Positions 40,823 to 51,215 of a DNA stretch of 64,000 nucleotides are shown one piece after another; within the stretch, counting starts at the first letter, position 1, and the number at the start of each line of letters is the position of its first letter. Under the pieces are notes generated by a model. It saw only the letters and a program-made list of their open reading frames with translations, did not search any database and was not told where the DNA came from. The DNA lies in assembly GCA_963751455.1 (NCBI GenBank), contig CAVVUN010000008.1, positions 128,001-192,000 of the forward strand. Direction: 5' to 3'. The translations under genes and the position numbers were made by a program. Source of the DNA: Nitrospirota bacterium. Its GTDB lineage: Bacteria > Nitrospirota > UBA9217.

Positions 40823-41944
40823 ATGGAATCCTGTGATGTTCTCATCGTGGGCGGCGGCCCTGCCGGCTCCACTCTTGCCTGGAGGTTGCGGGAATACGGC
40901 CTGGACGTATTGGTCCTCGATAAAAGCACATTCCCGCGGGACAAGGTATGCGCAGGCTGGATCACGCCGCAGACTACAGAGCTCCTGCATCTGGACAAGG
41001 TTGACTATTCCCGCGAGCGGGTGCTGCAGAACATCACCGGGTTCCGGACGGGCATGCTCGGGGGGGCCGAAGTCGTTACCCGGTATGGAAGCACGGTAAG
41101 CTACGGCATCCGGCGTTCTGAATTTGATCACTACCTCCTGCGGCGCAGCAGGGCTCGTTTGCGGCTCGGGGAGCCCGTCAAGACCATGGAGCGGAAAAAG
41201 AACGACTGGATCATAAATGGTAACGTGCGGACCAGCCTGGTGATCGGCGCGGGAGGCCATTTCTGCCCTGTTTCAAGATTCATGAGAGGAAATAGGGCGC
41301 GAAGAGAACCCGCGATCCTCGCCCAGGAAGTCGAATTTGAATTGAACGGGTCCCAACAGCGCGAGTGCCGCGTGGCGGCAGATACTCCCGAGCTCTATTT
41401 TTGCGAAGACCTGAAGGGGTACGGATGGTGTGTACGAAAAGAGAATTTCCTCAACATCGGGCTCGGCCGTGAAGACAACAGGAACGTCGCGGAGCAGGTG
41501 AGGTCGTTCGTTGGTTATCTTAAAGAGAGAAAGAGGATCCCGCTGAATACCCCCGCAGACTTCAGGGGCCATGCCTATATGCTGTACCACGGCCAGTCTC
41601 AAGCCCTTGTTGATGACGGCGTGATGCTCATCGGAGATGCAGCCGGACTTGCCTATCCAAAAAGCGGGGAGGGCATCAGGCCGGCTGTGGAATCCGCCTT
41701 GACAGCCGCGGAAGTTATCCTTTCAGCTGCCGGAGATTATAAGCGCAACAGGCTTTTACGATATTCGGCCCTGTTGGCGCAGAGATTCGGTAAGGGCAAT
41801 CGCGCTTCCGACCTCTTGCCCGAGCCAGTGAAACGTCTCGTGAGCCGCAGGCTCATGCAAAGCCGATGGTTTTCGAGGCATGTCTTGCTCGACCAATGGT
41901 TTCTGCGCTCAACCGACGTCGCAAATAGCAGATTTAACCACTGA
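40823..41944 (+). CDS. Geranylgeranyl-reductase-family FAD oxidoreductase
   Basis: IVGGGPAGS, FPRDKVCAG, RSEFDHYL, GYGW, LIGDAAGL...SGEGI. Confidence 0.9.
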   Translation: MESCDVLIVGGGPAGSTLAWRLREYGLDVLVLDKSTFPRDKVCAGWITPQTTELLHLDKVDYSRERVLQNITGFRTGMLGGAEVVTRYGSTVSYGIRRSEFDHYLLRRSRARLRLGEPVKTMERKKNDWIINGNVRTSLVIGAGGHFCPVSRFMRGNRARREPAILAQEVEFELNGSQQRECRVAADTPELYFCEDLKGYGWCVRKENFLNIGLGREDNRNVAEQVRSFVGYLKERKRIPLNTPADFRGHAYMLYHGQSQALVDDGVMLIGDAAGLAYPKSGEGIRPAVESALTAAEVILSAAGDYKRNRLLRYSALLAQRFGKGNRASDLLPEPVKRLVSRRLMQSRWFSRHVLLDQWFLRSTDVANSRFNH

Positions 41945-42188
41945 GCCACGGAGTTCACAATCGTTAACCGTCTTGAAATGAGCCCTCTCGATCATACACC
42001 CCTCGTCTTTATTTCTGATGTCTCAAAGCGGGGCACATGACGATTCGCCGCTATTGCAGCGATCCCGGCATTAATTCCAAACAGAAAAAGCAAAACCGCC
42101 CAGAAACAATTTGTTCAAAAAAAACTAATTTTATTATTGATTAGCTTCTTTCATACCTCTTGCTATAATCGAAAAAAGGGGGTGTGAA

Positions 42189-43151
42189 ATGGAGAAGGTC
42201 TGGGAAATAAAAAATCCTGAAGAGTATTTGAAACCAAGGGAAAGGAAGCAGCCGGCAAGAGAAACCACGACCCGGCTTGACCTCAAAAACCCGGCCCGGG
42301 CATATACCCTTTCACTTTTTTTCTGGGGAGTCGGCCAGAATTATAACGATGAAAGAGGAAAAGGCCTTCTGTTTCAGTTAGCGATGATCGGCTTGTTCGT
42401 CTCGATTGTTCTTTCCGTTGTGTTCGGCGATTCTGTTCTTGATTTTTTACGTTCTCATCAAATCGGCGCCTCTCAATCCTTCCTTGTTGCCGAACTCCTG
42501 TTTCTCTGTCTGCTGATTTTCTGGCTCTCCATCGCCGGCGATGCATACCACTCGGCTGCAAAAACCAGAAGAACCCGGTTTTCAGGAATACAGAATCATA
42601 TATATCCCTGTATCTGCTCCCTGCTCGTTCCGGGATGGGGCCAGTTTCTGAACGGGCAGCCGATCAAAGGCAGCATTTTTTCGGGTGTTTCCGTTTTCGG
42701 GATCTTTGCAATCGTCTCGATCCCCGCCACCCTGCTGATCTGGAGCCGGCTCGACACTTCCGACACCCGGCTTATAGTTGAAACAGTCTTCGCGATTACC
42801 GTGCTGTATGCGCCGATCGTGCCGTTCATATGGCTCTTCAGCGGCTACGACGCCCTGAAAGTAAGTCTCGATGACCTCAAGAAGGAGTCGTTGTGGGAGA
42901 GGATCAAGTCCGCAAACAACCGCCGCCGGACCCAGGGGTGGATTGACGGCGTATTTCCCAGTTTCAAATCGACCATATTGCTCATACTATTCCTGGTCGG
43001 GCTTTCGATAGTGATCTCCCGCACTTTGCCCCTCGACTTCTATACAGATCTGCTGGCCTCCGGCGGCGCATATTTACGCAATCAGGGAATGATCATCGTA
43101 CCGGACATCATCGACAGGCTCATATTGGTACTGCCGGTAACGGGAAACTGA
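42189..43151 (+). CDS. Multi-pass membrane protein with a duplicated TM2-like motif
   Basis: SLFFWGVGQNYN and SLLVPGWGQFLNG. Confidence 0.7.
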   Translation: MEKVWEIKNPEEYLKPRERKQPARETTTRLDLKNPARAYTLSLFFWGVGQNYNDERGKGLLFQLAMIGLFVSIVLSVVFGDSVLDFLRSHQIGASQSFLVAELLFLCLLIFWLSIAGDAYHSAAKTRRTRFSGIQNHIYPCICSLLVPGWGQFLNGQPIKGSIFSGVSVFGIFAIVSIPATLLIWSRLDTSDTRLIVETVFAITVLYAPIVPFIWLFSGYDALKVSLDDLKKESLWERIKSANNRRRTQGWIDGVFPSFKSTILLILFLVGLSIVISRTLPLDFYTDLLASGGAYLRNQGMIIVPDIIDRLILVLPVTGN

Positions 43152-43276
43152 TTACGCCCAGGTGCCTGAAATGTGATTTGCATCACAGTAAATCATTTCC
43201 TCCCTTCGTATTGTATCAACAGTATGATTTCCGCAATTCGCCTATCGCGTAGCTGAAATCCCTTTCCGGAGCAATA

Positions 43277-45076
43277 ATGAATACTTTCAAGCAGAACCGC
43301 ATCTTAATACTGGTTGCAGTATTGAGTATCGCAGCCTTTACTGCGTATGGCATATACGCATGGAAACACTATCAGAACGGCGAGACAGGCAGAATAACCT
43401 ATACGGCGTTCATCGACAAAGTACATGCCCGCGAGATCGTCAAAGTCAGGATGGAAGGCGACGCGATCACGGCCGAAGCGAAATCCGGGGAAAAGTTCAA
43501 ACTCTTTCGGCCCGCGGACGCCGAGCTGTCCAAACTCCTTCTCGCAAAGCATATCGATTTTTCAGCCAAACCGCTGGGTTCTGAAATTCCCTGGATGGAA
43601 CTCGGCCTCATTCCTTTTGTTATGGTTCCCCTTTTCTTTATCATGAAGAGGATGACCGTTTTCGGCAAAAGCAAGGCGAAGCCGGTCGACGGATCGCACA
43701 CGAAGACCTTTTTCGTTGATGTGGCCGGGGCCGATGAGGCAAAGGCCGATCTTATCGAAACAGTGGAATTTCTGAAGGATCCGCGGAAGTTTACAAACCT
43801 CGGAGGAAAAATGCCGACCGGGGTTCTCCTTGTCGGCCCTCCAGGTACCGGCAAAACGCTTCTGGCTCGCGCCGTGGCGGGTGAAGCAGGCGTTCCCTTC
43901 TTCGCCATGTCCGGATCCGAGTTCGTCGAGATGTATGTTGGGGTCGGCGCGTCACGCGTAAGAGACCTTTTCAACCAGGCAAAAAAGGCCGCCCCGTGCA
44001 TTATCTTCATCGACGAGCTTGATGCCGTCGGCCGGCGGCGTGACTCGGGAAGCAACGGCGCAAGCGACGAGCGGGACCAGACCCTGAACCAGCTGCTGGT
44101 AGAAATGGACGGGTTCAGCGTAAACGCCGGCATCGTCGTCATCGCTGCCTCAAACCGGCCTGAGGTCCTCGATCCGGCGCTCCTCCGTCCCGGCCGCTTC
44201 GACCGTCAGGTCGTGGTCGGCTCCCCGGACATCAAGGGGAGAGAGGAGATCCTCAAAGTACATACCCGCAACGTGCCGTTGAGCCCCGAAGTCGATCTGC
44301 GGATACTTGCGCGTGGAACACCCGGCTTGTCCGGCGCCGACCTGGCAAATGTCGTAAATGAGGCTGCAATCCTTGCGGCAAGGGCAAACAAAGCCGTCGT
44401 TGAAATGCCCGACTTTGACGCAGCCAGGGACAAAGTTCTTATGGGCGCCGAAAAGAAGTCGATGGTGCTGTCGGAAAAGGCAAAGCTGAGTACAGCCTGG
44501 CATGAAGCCGGCCACGTGATGGTTGCGAAGCTCGTCCCGGGCTGCGATCCGGTCCACAAGGTGTCGATCATCCCGAGAGGCCGGGCGCTCGGGGTCACTG
44601 TGCAAATACCCGAGGAAGACATTCACTGCTATACGAAAGAGATGCTGGTCGGACATATCAAGGTGCTCATGGGAGGCCGCGCAGCCGAAGAAATCGTCTT
44701 CCATACGACCACCACCGGGGCGGGCAGCGATCTGGCCCGTGCAACCGATATGGCGCGAAAAATGGTCTGTGAATGGGGCATGTCGGAAGCATTCGGTCCG
44801 GTCGCATTCGGCAACTCCGAGAACCAGGAACTCGATACGAAAAATTTCAGCAACGAAACTGCGGTGGAGATCGATTCGGAGATCCGGGCAATCGTGACAA
44901 CTGCTTACACGGAAGTTAAGGATCTCTTGTTGGCGCACATGGCCGTTCTAAGGACTCTTGCTTCCGAGCTTATCGTCAATGAAACACTGAACAGCCTGCA
45001 AATTGACTTAATTCTCGGATCCGCTCCCGCACCATTGCCGGAGCTGTCCACAATTGCTTTCCGGACCGAAAGCTGA
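43277..45076 (+). CDS. ftsH: ATP-dependent zinc metalloprotease FtsH (copy 1)
   Basis: Walker [34 protein letters not shown]. Confidence 0.95.
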   Translation: MNTFKQNRILILVAVLSIAAFTAYGIYAWKHYQNGETGRITYTAFIDKVHAREIVKVRMEGDAITAEAKSGEKFKLFRPADAELSKLLLAKHIDFSAKPLGSEIPWMELGLIPFVMVPLFFIMKRMTVFGKSKAKPVDGSHTKTFFVDVAGADEAKADLIETVEFLKDPRKFTNLGGKMPTGVLLVGPPGTGKTLLARAVAGEAGVPFFAMSGSEFVEMYVGVGASRVRDLFNQAKKAAPCIIFIDELDAVGRRRDSGSNGASDERDQTLNQLLVEMDGFSVNAGIVVIAASNRPEVLDPALLRPGRFDRQVVVGSPDIKGREEILKVHTRNVPLSPEVDLRILARGTPGLSGADLANVVNEAAILAARANKAVVEMPDFDAARDKVLMGAEKKSMVLSEKAKLSTAWHEAGHVMVAKLVPGCDPVHKVSIIPRGRALGVTVQIPEEDIHCYTKEMLVGHIKVLMGGRAAEEIVFHTTTTGAGSDLARATDMARKMVCEWGMSEAFGPVAFGNSENQELDTKNFSNETAVEIDSEIRAIVTTAYTEVKDLLLAHMAVLRTLASELIVNETLNSLQIDLILGSAPAPLPELSTIAFRTES

Positions 45077-45104
45077 TTTCTTCCGCTGTCTCTACTCTTT
45101 CGAT

Positions 45105-45137
45105 AAAAGGGATGCCGGTAACAATGGTATCCCTTTT
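45105..45137 (+). terminator. Terminator after ftsH
   Basis: AAAAGGGATGCC-loop-GGTATCCCTTTTT. Confidence 0.65.
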
Positions 45138-45212
45138 TCGGATCACAAGCTCGCCTCATTCTCAGGTCGCTTCCTTCTTACTTCTTACTTCTGACTTCTC
45201 TTCATCCGTATC

Positions 45213-45507
45213 CCTGCAGACATGGAAGCGCATCGCGACCGAGGCGGGCTGCAACGAACTCTTTGAAAAGTCGGGCCTGACGGATATCAAAGTAAAGCAG
45301 CGGAACGTGGGTTATTTTCTGGACAGCGCTGAAGAGTGGTGGGACATTGTCTGGAATGCCGGGTTCCGGAGGTCAGTCGGGCAGCTGACGCCGGTTGATC
45401 GTGAGCGCTTTAAACAGGAGCATTTGCGGGAGGTTGATGCGCTCAGGACGGACGAGGGCATCCGGCTTGATGTGAACGTCTTGTTCACTGTCGGGAAAAG
45501 ACATTGA
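45213..45507 (+). pseudogene. C-terminal remnant of a class I SAM-dependent methyltransferase
   Basis: LFEKSGLTDIKV...SAEEWWDIVWNAGFR; the upstream part of the ORF is terminator and heptamer-repeat sequence. Confidence 0.55.
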
Positions 45508-45560
45508 ATGGCCGGCTCAGCTGTGCATTTCGCGCCTGATCGGATATTTCCTTGATACAG

Positions 45561-47384
45561 TCACGCGGCAAGTTTCTTCTCAGGCAACTCCAGGATCTTT
45601 CTGATTTCGTCGCCCTCGATCGTTTCTTTCTCCAGGAGTTGCACGGCAAGCGTTCTCAGCTTGTTCTGGTTGGCTGTCAATAGCCGCTGCACCTTTTTAT
45701 ATGCTTCGTCGATCAACCGCTTTACCTCCTGGTCGATCTCGCGCGCCGTTTCCTCGCTGTATTCCTTGGCTCCCTGCGGGAGCCCCATATCGAGGAACAT
45801 GGGCCGGCGCTCCTTTTCGAAGGTCAGGGGGCCGAATTTTTCCGACATCCCATACTCGGTGATCATGCTGCGGGCAATCACTGCCGCTCGCTGCAAGTCG
45901 TTCTGGGCTCCCGTCGATATTTCATTGAAAACAATTTCCTCGGCAACGCGTCCCCCGAGCATGACGCAGAGCTTATCTTTAAGCTCGGTCTTGGTCATGA
46001 GGTAACGGTCTTCGGTCGGCAGTTGCAGGGTGTAGCCGAGAGCGGCGATCCCGCGCTGGACGATCGAGACTCTGTGCACCGGGTCCGTTGTAGGCAGGAA
46101 CTCCGCCACGATGGTGTGTCCGCATTCGTGGTAGGCAACCGTTTCTTTTTCCTTTTTGTTCATGACCCGCGTTTTCTTTTCGAGCCCGGTCACAATCCTG
46201 TCGATTGCGGCCTCGAAGTCCTTCATGTCCACCTCGGTCTTGCCCTTCCGGGCAGCAAGGAGCGCGGCCTCGTTCACGATGTTCGCAAGATCCGCCCCCA
46301 CAAAGCCCGGCGTCCGGGCCGCCACCACGCCGACGTCCACATCCTTCGAAAGTTTGACCCCGCGGATATGAATCTTGAGGATCTGCTCCCGGTCCTTGAT
46401 GTTCGGCCGGTCCACCAGAACATGCCGGTCGAACCGGCCGGGCCGCAGCAGCGCGGGATCGAGGATCTCCGGTCTGTTGGTTGCGGCCATGATAATGACG
46501 CCTTTTCGGGCGTCGAATCCGTCCATTTCGGCAAGCAGCTGGTTCAGCGTCTGCTCGCGCTCCTCATGCGAGCCCGCGATGCCTACCCCGCGGGCCCGGC
46601 CGAGCGCATCGAGTTCATCGATAAAGATAATGCAGGGCGCCTTCTGCACCGCCTGCTGGAACAGGTCCCGCACGCGCGATGCGCCGACCCCGACGAACAT
46701 CTCCACGAACTCGGAGCCGCTCATGGAGAAGAACGGCACCTTGGCTTCGCCTGCAACTGCCTTCGCGAGGAGCGTTTTGCCGGTGCCGGGAGGACCCACG
46801 AGAAGTACGCCTTTCGGTATACGTCCGCCGAGCTTCGTGAACTTCTCGGGGTGTCGAAGAAAATCGATGATCTCCATAAGTTCTTCCTTGGCCTCCTCGA
46901 CACCCGCCACGTCGTTGAACGTGACCTTCACTTCGCTCTCGCTGTAAATCTTTGCACGGGATTTACCGAAGCTCATGAACGTCTCTCCGGCGCCGCCCGC
47001 GCCCATGCGTTTGAAGACGACGCTCCATATGAGCATAAGAATGGCGAGCGGAAGGATCCATACGAGCAGAAAGTCCCTAAACCAGTTGTCGGTCACCTCG
47101 CCTCGATACGTGATGCCGCTCGCCATAAGGGTTTTTATGAGGTCAGGGTCTTCGATCCGCACGACGCTGAACGCCATGTCTTTGTCGCCTTGCTTCTCTG
47201 ATATCCTGATTCCCCTGATATGATCCTTTGTGATGATCAGGTCTTTTACTTTTTTCTCGGCAAGCATGGTCTTAAAGGAACTGTACGGCATTTCCTCCGC
47301 CGGCGGCTTGGAAAACAGCCGAAACATGCTTATGAATGCCAGAAAAATGAGCAGGTAAAAAAGGACCTGGGAGCTTTTTTTCAT
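45561..47384 (-). CDS. ftsH: ATP-dependent zinc metalloprotease FtsH (copy 2)
   Basis: [30 protein letters not shown]. Confidence 0.95.
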   Translation of the reverse strand: MKKSSQVLFYLLIFLAFISMFRLFSKPPAEEMPYSSFKTMLAEKKVKDLIITKDHIRGIRISEKQGDKDMAFSVVRIEDPDLIKTLMASGITYRGEVTDNWFRDFLLVWILPLAILMLIWSVVFKRMGAGGAGETFMSFGKSRAKIYSESEVKVTFNDVAGVEEAKEELMEIIDFLRHPEKFTKLGGRIPKGVLLVGPPGTGKTLLAKAVAGEAKVPFFSMSGSEFVEMFVGVGASRVRDLFQQAVQKAPCIIFIDELDALGRARGVGIAGSHEEREQTLNQLLAEMDGFDARKGVIIMAATNRPEILDPALLRPGRFDRHVLVDRPNIKDREQILKIHIRGVKLSKDVDVGVVAARTPGFVGADLANIVNEAALLAARKGKTEVDMKDFEAAIDRIVTGLEKKTRVMNKKEKETVAYHECGHTIVAEFLPTTDPVHRVSIVQRGIAALGYTLQLPTEDRYLMTKTELKDKLCVMLGGRVAEEIVFNEISTGAQNDLQRAAVIARSMITEYGMSEKFGPLTFEKERRPMFLDMGLPQGAKEYSEETAREIDQEVKRLIDEAYKKVQRLLTANQNKLRTLAVQLLEKETIEGDEIRKILELPEKKLAA

Positions 47385-47426
47385 AGTGATACCTCGGGTC
47401 TCAGGAAGAAGGATATCAGCTGGGCG

Positions 47427-47945
47427 TTAAAAGCGGTGGTATACGCCGAGGCCCACGCCGAAATGGAGCTGCGAGCCGGGACTCGGCTCCCACATCTGAA
47501 GCTCCCTCGATTTTACGACCGGGTAGCGGTATGGTATTTCCCCGAGCGGCTGGACTTTCAGGCCTGCAGCTTCACCGATTACGGTTATCTGCCTGCCCGC
47601 ATGGTAAACGGCTGAATCCAGAAATTGACCGGAGGCTACCAGGAACCGCCCTTCCGTCGTATCGGTATCAACCGGCCTTCCCCTCCGGCCCACAGGTCTC
47701 TGAAGCACTTCGATGAACGAGCCTTCCTTCGTGTTCTTCGTCCCGAGGATCACGCCGCCCAGCATGATCCACTTGCCGATATAGCGGTCGGGATCGCGCT
47801 GCAATTCCGCCAGGGTGATGTTTCGGTCGACCTGGTCCAGTGCCTGCCGGGAAAAGGGAGGGGCGCAGCCGGAAACCCAGGATGCCAGGGTGAAAGCCAG
47901 AAGGATTATGAACGGCAGTCGCTTTCCGGAATTAATCACATTCAT
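47427..47945 (-). CDS. Slp family outer-membrane lipoprotein
   Basis: Lipobox VSGC; GGVI....N, IEVLQRP, GRFL, GRQITVIG, YRYPVV. Confidence 0.85.
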   Translation of the reverse strand: MNVINSGKRLPFIILLAFTLASWVSGCAPPFSRQALDQVDRNITLAELQRDPDRYIGKWIMLGGVILGTKNTKEGSFIEVLQRPVGRRGRPVDTDTTEGRFLVASGQFLDSAVYHAGRQITVIGEAAGLKVQPLGEIPYRYPVVKSRELQMWEPSPGSQLHFGVGLGVYHRF

Positions 47946-48171
47946 ATCGGTGTCCCCGCGCATAGTGAAAATAATATAAACAGCGGAGCCATGAGTCATT
48001 TGCTTTTTTCAAGGCGTCTGAAGAAATGTTTTATGAGTACGCTTCTTGAGGTCTTGGGAAGACGGCGCGGGCGCACGAGTAAGGAAAGAACAGCGCTATG
48101 ATCATACCGAGTCTCTTCATGAGCGCCCGTTACCGCTCGTCTTACAGGCAACCGACATCGGTCTTAATGCT

Positions 48172-48435
48172 TTAACCGCCGGTATGGTCTTCTGATTCTT
48201 GCTCGATCTTTTTTCGTACAGGATCGGGAATCTGCAGAAGGCTGAGATCGAAACCCCCAAGCTCTCTCGCCAACAGATTTATTTTATCAGTGGTATGGAG
48301 GTGCTTGTTGATAATAATTCTTCGGCTCTCCATGACCCTGCATGAGCCGCCTTTCGACGTCTTCAGGTCGTCATACGATACCTTGATCGAAAGTGATTTT
48401 GCTACGTTTTCAAGATCGGTAAGAGTAATTTTCAT
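48172..48435 (-). CDS. Small hypothetical protein
   Basis: 87-aa ORF; GGSCRV...IIINK. Confidence 0.6.
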   Translation of the reverse strand: MKITLTDLENVAKSLSIKVSYDDLKTSKGGSCRVMESRRIIINKHLHTTDKINLLARELGGFDLSLLQIPDPVRKKIEQESEDHTGG

Positions 48436-48592
48436 AACATTTCTTATGGATTTAGTATAGCAGATTGCAGTGTCAATTGAAATTGCGGGATTGGATGCTC
48501 TTGTCTCGCGACGTGCGGGCAGGTCGGGCTTGCGTCTTTTTTATCAGGTGACGGAGCAGCGTACCCGAAACCGGAATACATCAATCTGGCGT

Positions 48593-48718
48593 TTATGCTT
48601 CTTCCTTATGGATTTCCATGATACTTAACACGTTGATATTGGCATCCTTCAGCGCCTTCTGAACATCTACCAGCTTCGCATCCTGAACTTTGAGAACGAA
48701 ATTAGTCTTTGTGGCCAT
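48593..48718 (-). CDS. Small hypothetical protein (41 aa)
   Basis: RBS AGGAGG before MATKTNFVLKV. Confidence 0.55.
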   Translation of the reverse strand: MATKTNFVLKVQDAKLVDVQKALKDANINVLSIMEIHKEEA

Positions 48719-49086
48719 AACGATCCTCCTGAAAAGATAAGAAATAGATAAACAGCACAAATAAATTATCACAAACTGACCGGACAAGTCAACTCTGAAA
48801 ACCGGCGTTGGCTCGTACGACAGCGGCTTTCAAGGTGTTCAATCCGGACCAGGCAAAAAATACAGGCTGCGTCTTTTACAAAAAAGAATATATCGCGGAT
48901 ATTTCCTTCGATGCGGTAAGCGCTCTTTCAGCCGAATACCTTTAAAAACCCTTGATTGACGCATTTTTTTCGAAAATTTTTCTTGCTATTTTATTTTAGA
49001 CTGTATATACTTTCCTCCGTAATCGGGCAACTAATCTGCCTTGAGGGCGGTTAGAATCATTAATTATTTTTAGAGGAGGGATTTTT

Positions 49087-49374
49087 ATGGCAAAAGCCAT
49101 GACGAAGTCTCAGATTGCTGATCACATCGCAAAGAAAGCAGACCTCAAGAAGAAACAGGCAGTACAAATCCTGGAAGATCTCGCGGCGCTCGCCTACAAG
49201 GAAGCGAAAAATGCATTCACCCTTCCGGGCCTCGGCAAACTCGTGCTGGTTCAGCGCAAGGCGCGCATGGGCAGGAACCCGCAGACAGGCGAAGCAATCA
49301 AGATCCCGGCAAAGAAGGTCGTAAAATTCCGCGTTGCCAAAGCGGCAAAAGAGGCTATCCTCGGCAAGAAATAA
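49087..49374 (+). CDS. hup: HU family DNA-binding protein
   Basis: MTKSQI, LPGLGK, RKARMGRNPQTGEAIKIPAK. Confidence 0.95.
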   Translation: MAKAMTKSQIADHIAKKADLKKKQAVQILEDLAALAYKEAKNAFTLPGLGKLVLVQRKARMGRNPQTGEAIKIPAKKVVKFRVAKAAKEAILGKK

Positions 49375-49401
49375 AATCCCTCAGGAATCATGTAAATCAT
49401 C

Positions 49402-49432
49402 AAAAGGCATTCCGGTTTTCGGAATGCCTTTT
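49402..49432 (+). terminator. Rho-independent terminator
   Basis: AAAGGCATTCCG-loop-CGGAATGCCTTTT. Confidence 0.75.
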
Positions 49433-49570
49433 GTGTCTGAAAGGCAACTATTCACCAGGAAGACTCGAAGACACAAAGAAGTGCTCACGGTTGAAGCAGA
49501 AGTAAGTTCGTGCTCATTTGACGAAGGCTGAACCAGCGCGCCTTCGCAGCATACTCAGTGTTTGGAATTT

Positions 49571-50275
49571 ATGGAAATCATTCTCTTCTTACTCTATCTT
49601 CCGGCCCTGTATAGACTTCGTCTTATCCTGCCTGCGCTTGTTATGCACGCCGGTTTGATCGGCTATACTTCGATGCAATATGGAAGGATTCCCCTGATCG
49701 GAATGCATGAGACGCTCGGTTTCCTGGCATTTTCAATCGGCGTTGTTGCGCTTGTTGCCGGCTGGAGACGCAAGCCCCGCCTTTTCACGTTTATAACGGT
49801 TCCGTTGATCGTCCTTCTCCTGGCCGGGTCAGTTGTTTCCCCCCGGTCCATGCCCGGAAGGCTACCGCCGGTGCTGAACACTGTCTGGTTTGAACTTCAC
49901 GTGATTTTGTCGTTTATCTCTTACGCCCTGTTCGCGGTTGGCGCTGTCTTCGGACTGCTTTTCTTTTTTAATAAGGATGAAAAAGCGGACGATCACCAGT
50001 ACCGGAGCATTTTACTCGGTTATGTCCTCTTTTCGATTGCCATGATTTTCGGCGGCGTGTGGGCATATCTCGCCTGGGGGTCATACTGGTTATGGACTCC
50101 CAAGGAACTGTGGACCACCATCGTGTGGTTCACGTACAGTCTTTACCTGCATGCGCGGCTTGTCCGGGGATGGACCGGCCCGAAGGCTGTCTGGATAGGA
50201 ATTATCGGGTTTGTGATCGTGCTGTTTACCTACGCCGGGGTCGGGCTTTTGATGAAAAGCTCGCATGAATTTTAA
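49571..50275 (+). CDS. ccsA: Cytochrome c biogenesis protein CcsA/ResC (system II)
   Basis: WFELHV, WWD-type motif GGVWAYLAWGSYWLWTPKE, LYLHAR. Confidence 0.9.
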   Translation: MEIILFLLYLPALYRLRLILPALVMHAGLIGYTSMQYGRIPLIGMHETLGFLAFSIGVVALVAGWRRKPRLFTFITVPLIVLLLAGSVVSPRSMPGRLPPVLNTVWFELHVILSFISYALFAVGAVFGLLFFFNKDEKADDHQYRSILLGYVLFSIAMIFGGVWAYLAWGSYWLWTPKELWTTIVWFTYSLYLHARLVRGWTGPKAVWIGIIGFVIVLFTYAGVGLLMKSSHEF

Positions 50276-50389
50276 GGTTATGGAGCGAGCCGACCGCATG
50301 CGCCCAGTATTTACGAGTGCGGCAGCGCGAGTACAGGGTGTGTCGGCGTATAAATTAACGGCAACGCGGTTGCCTTGGTCCAAATAGTT

Positions 50390-51169
50390 ATGAAAAACTT
50401 TTTTCTCTCACTCAAGACCACCGTCTGGACGCTGTTCGTTCTGGTGTGCCTGTTCTTCCTCGGTTCATACATGATGCCGATGCATCGCGATATTTTCGGG
50501 CCGATGAATGACGGAATTCTCATGAACTGGGTTCAGGCCATAGCTGTGGCTAACCTCTGGCAGACCTGGTGGCTTTTTGTATCTGTGGCCGGGCTCGTAT
50601 TGCTCACCATGAATACACTCGTGTGCAGTTTCCACGCGATCAAAGGCAAATGGACGCGTGACGATTTTCTCCTTCGTATCTCGCCCCAGGCTGTTCACAT
50701 AGGTTTTTTGTTCATACTGCTCGCTCACCTGCTCGGCGCCGGCTGGGGCTATAAGGTCTCCGGCATGCTGCCCGAGGGGGCCGCTGCACGTTTGCCCGAA
50801 AACCGCGGACTGCATCTTGCGCATATCCGCGTTGATGCAGATCCCGCAGGCTATATGAAGGACTGGGCCGCGCAGGTATCCCTGTACGAGAACGACCAGC
50901 CGGTAAAAACCGGCGTGCTTGGTCCGAACAAGCCGCTCTTTTACAAAGGCACCGGAATATACCTGAAAAACCTGAACTTCGAACGCGGCCCAGCTGCAAT
51001 CCTTCTCGTGGCAAAGGACCCGGGCGCTGTGTGGGCACTGGTAGGAGGAATTCTGTTCATGCTCGGGTCCGTGTCGCTGCTTGCGCTGAAGTGGAAAAAG
51101 ACCGGGATATCTCAAATGCAGAATCAAGATAAGCCGCAGATTTCGCGGATTGACGCAGATACCGTCTAA
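50390..51169 (+). CDS. resB: Short ResB-like cytochrome c biogenesis protein
   Basis: SLKTTV, WWLF....L..NTLVCS, VHIGFLFIL, PNKPLFYKG, KDPG. Confidence 0.8.
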   Translation: MKNFFLSLKTTVWTLFVLVCLFFLGSYMMPMHRDIFGPMNDGILMNWVQAIAVANLWQTWWLFVSVAGLVLLTMNTLVCSFHAIKGKWTRDDFLLRISPQAVHIGFLFILLAHLLGAGWGYKVSGMLPEGAAARLPENRGLHLAHIRVDADPAGYMKDWAAQVSLYENDQPVKTGVLGPNKPLFYKGTGIYLKNLNFERGPAAILLVAKDPGAVWALVGGILFMLGSVSLLALKWKKTGISQMQNQDKPQISRIDADTV

Positions 51170-51215
51170 ATTCTTGATATTAGCACTTTCCATCCCTTCG
51201 TGGTAAAATCCCCCT

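Noticed and set aside
46023-47201. 392-aa ORF on the + strand (and similar ones: 26795-27670, 43399-44142, 44150-44938, 50465-51325, 53309-53944)
   Set aside because: Antisense shadows of well-supported genes in GC-rich sequence, with no motifs of their own.
48010-48150. Hairpin-rich spacer as tRNA or SRP RNA
   Set aside because: No cloverleaf, T-loop or SRP domain IV motif; left unassigned.
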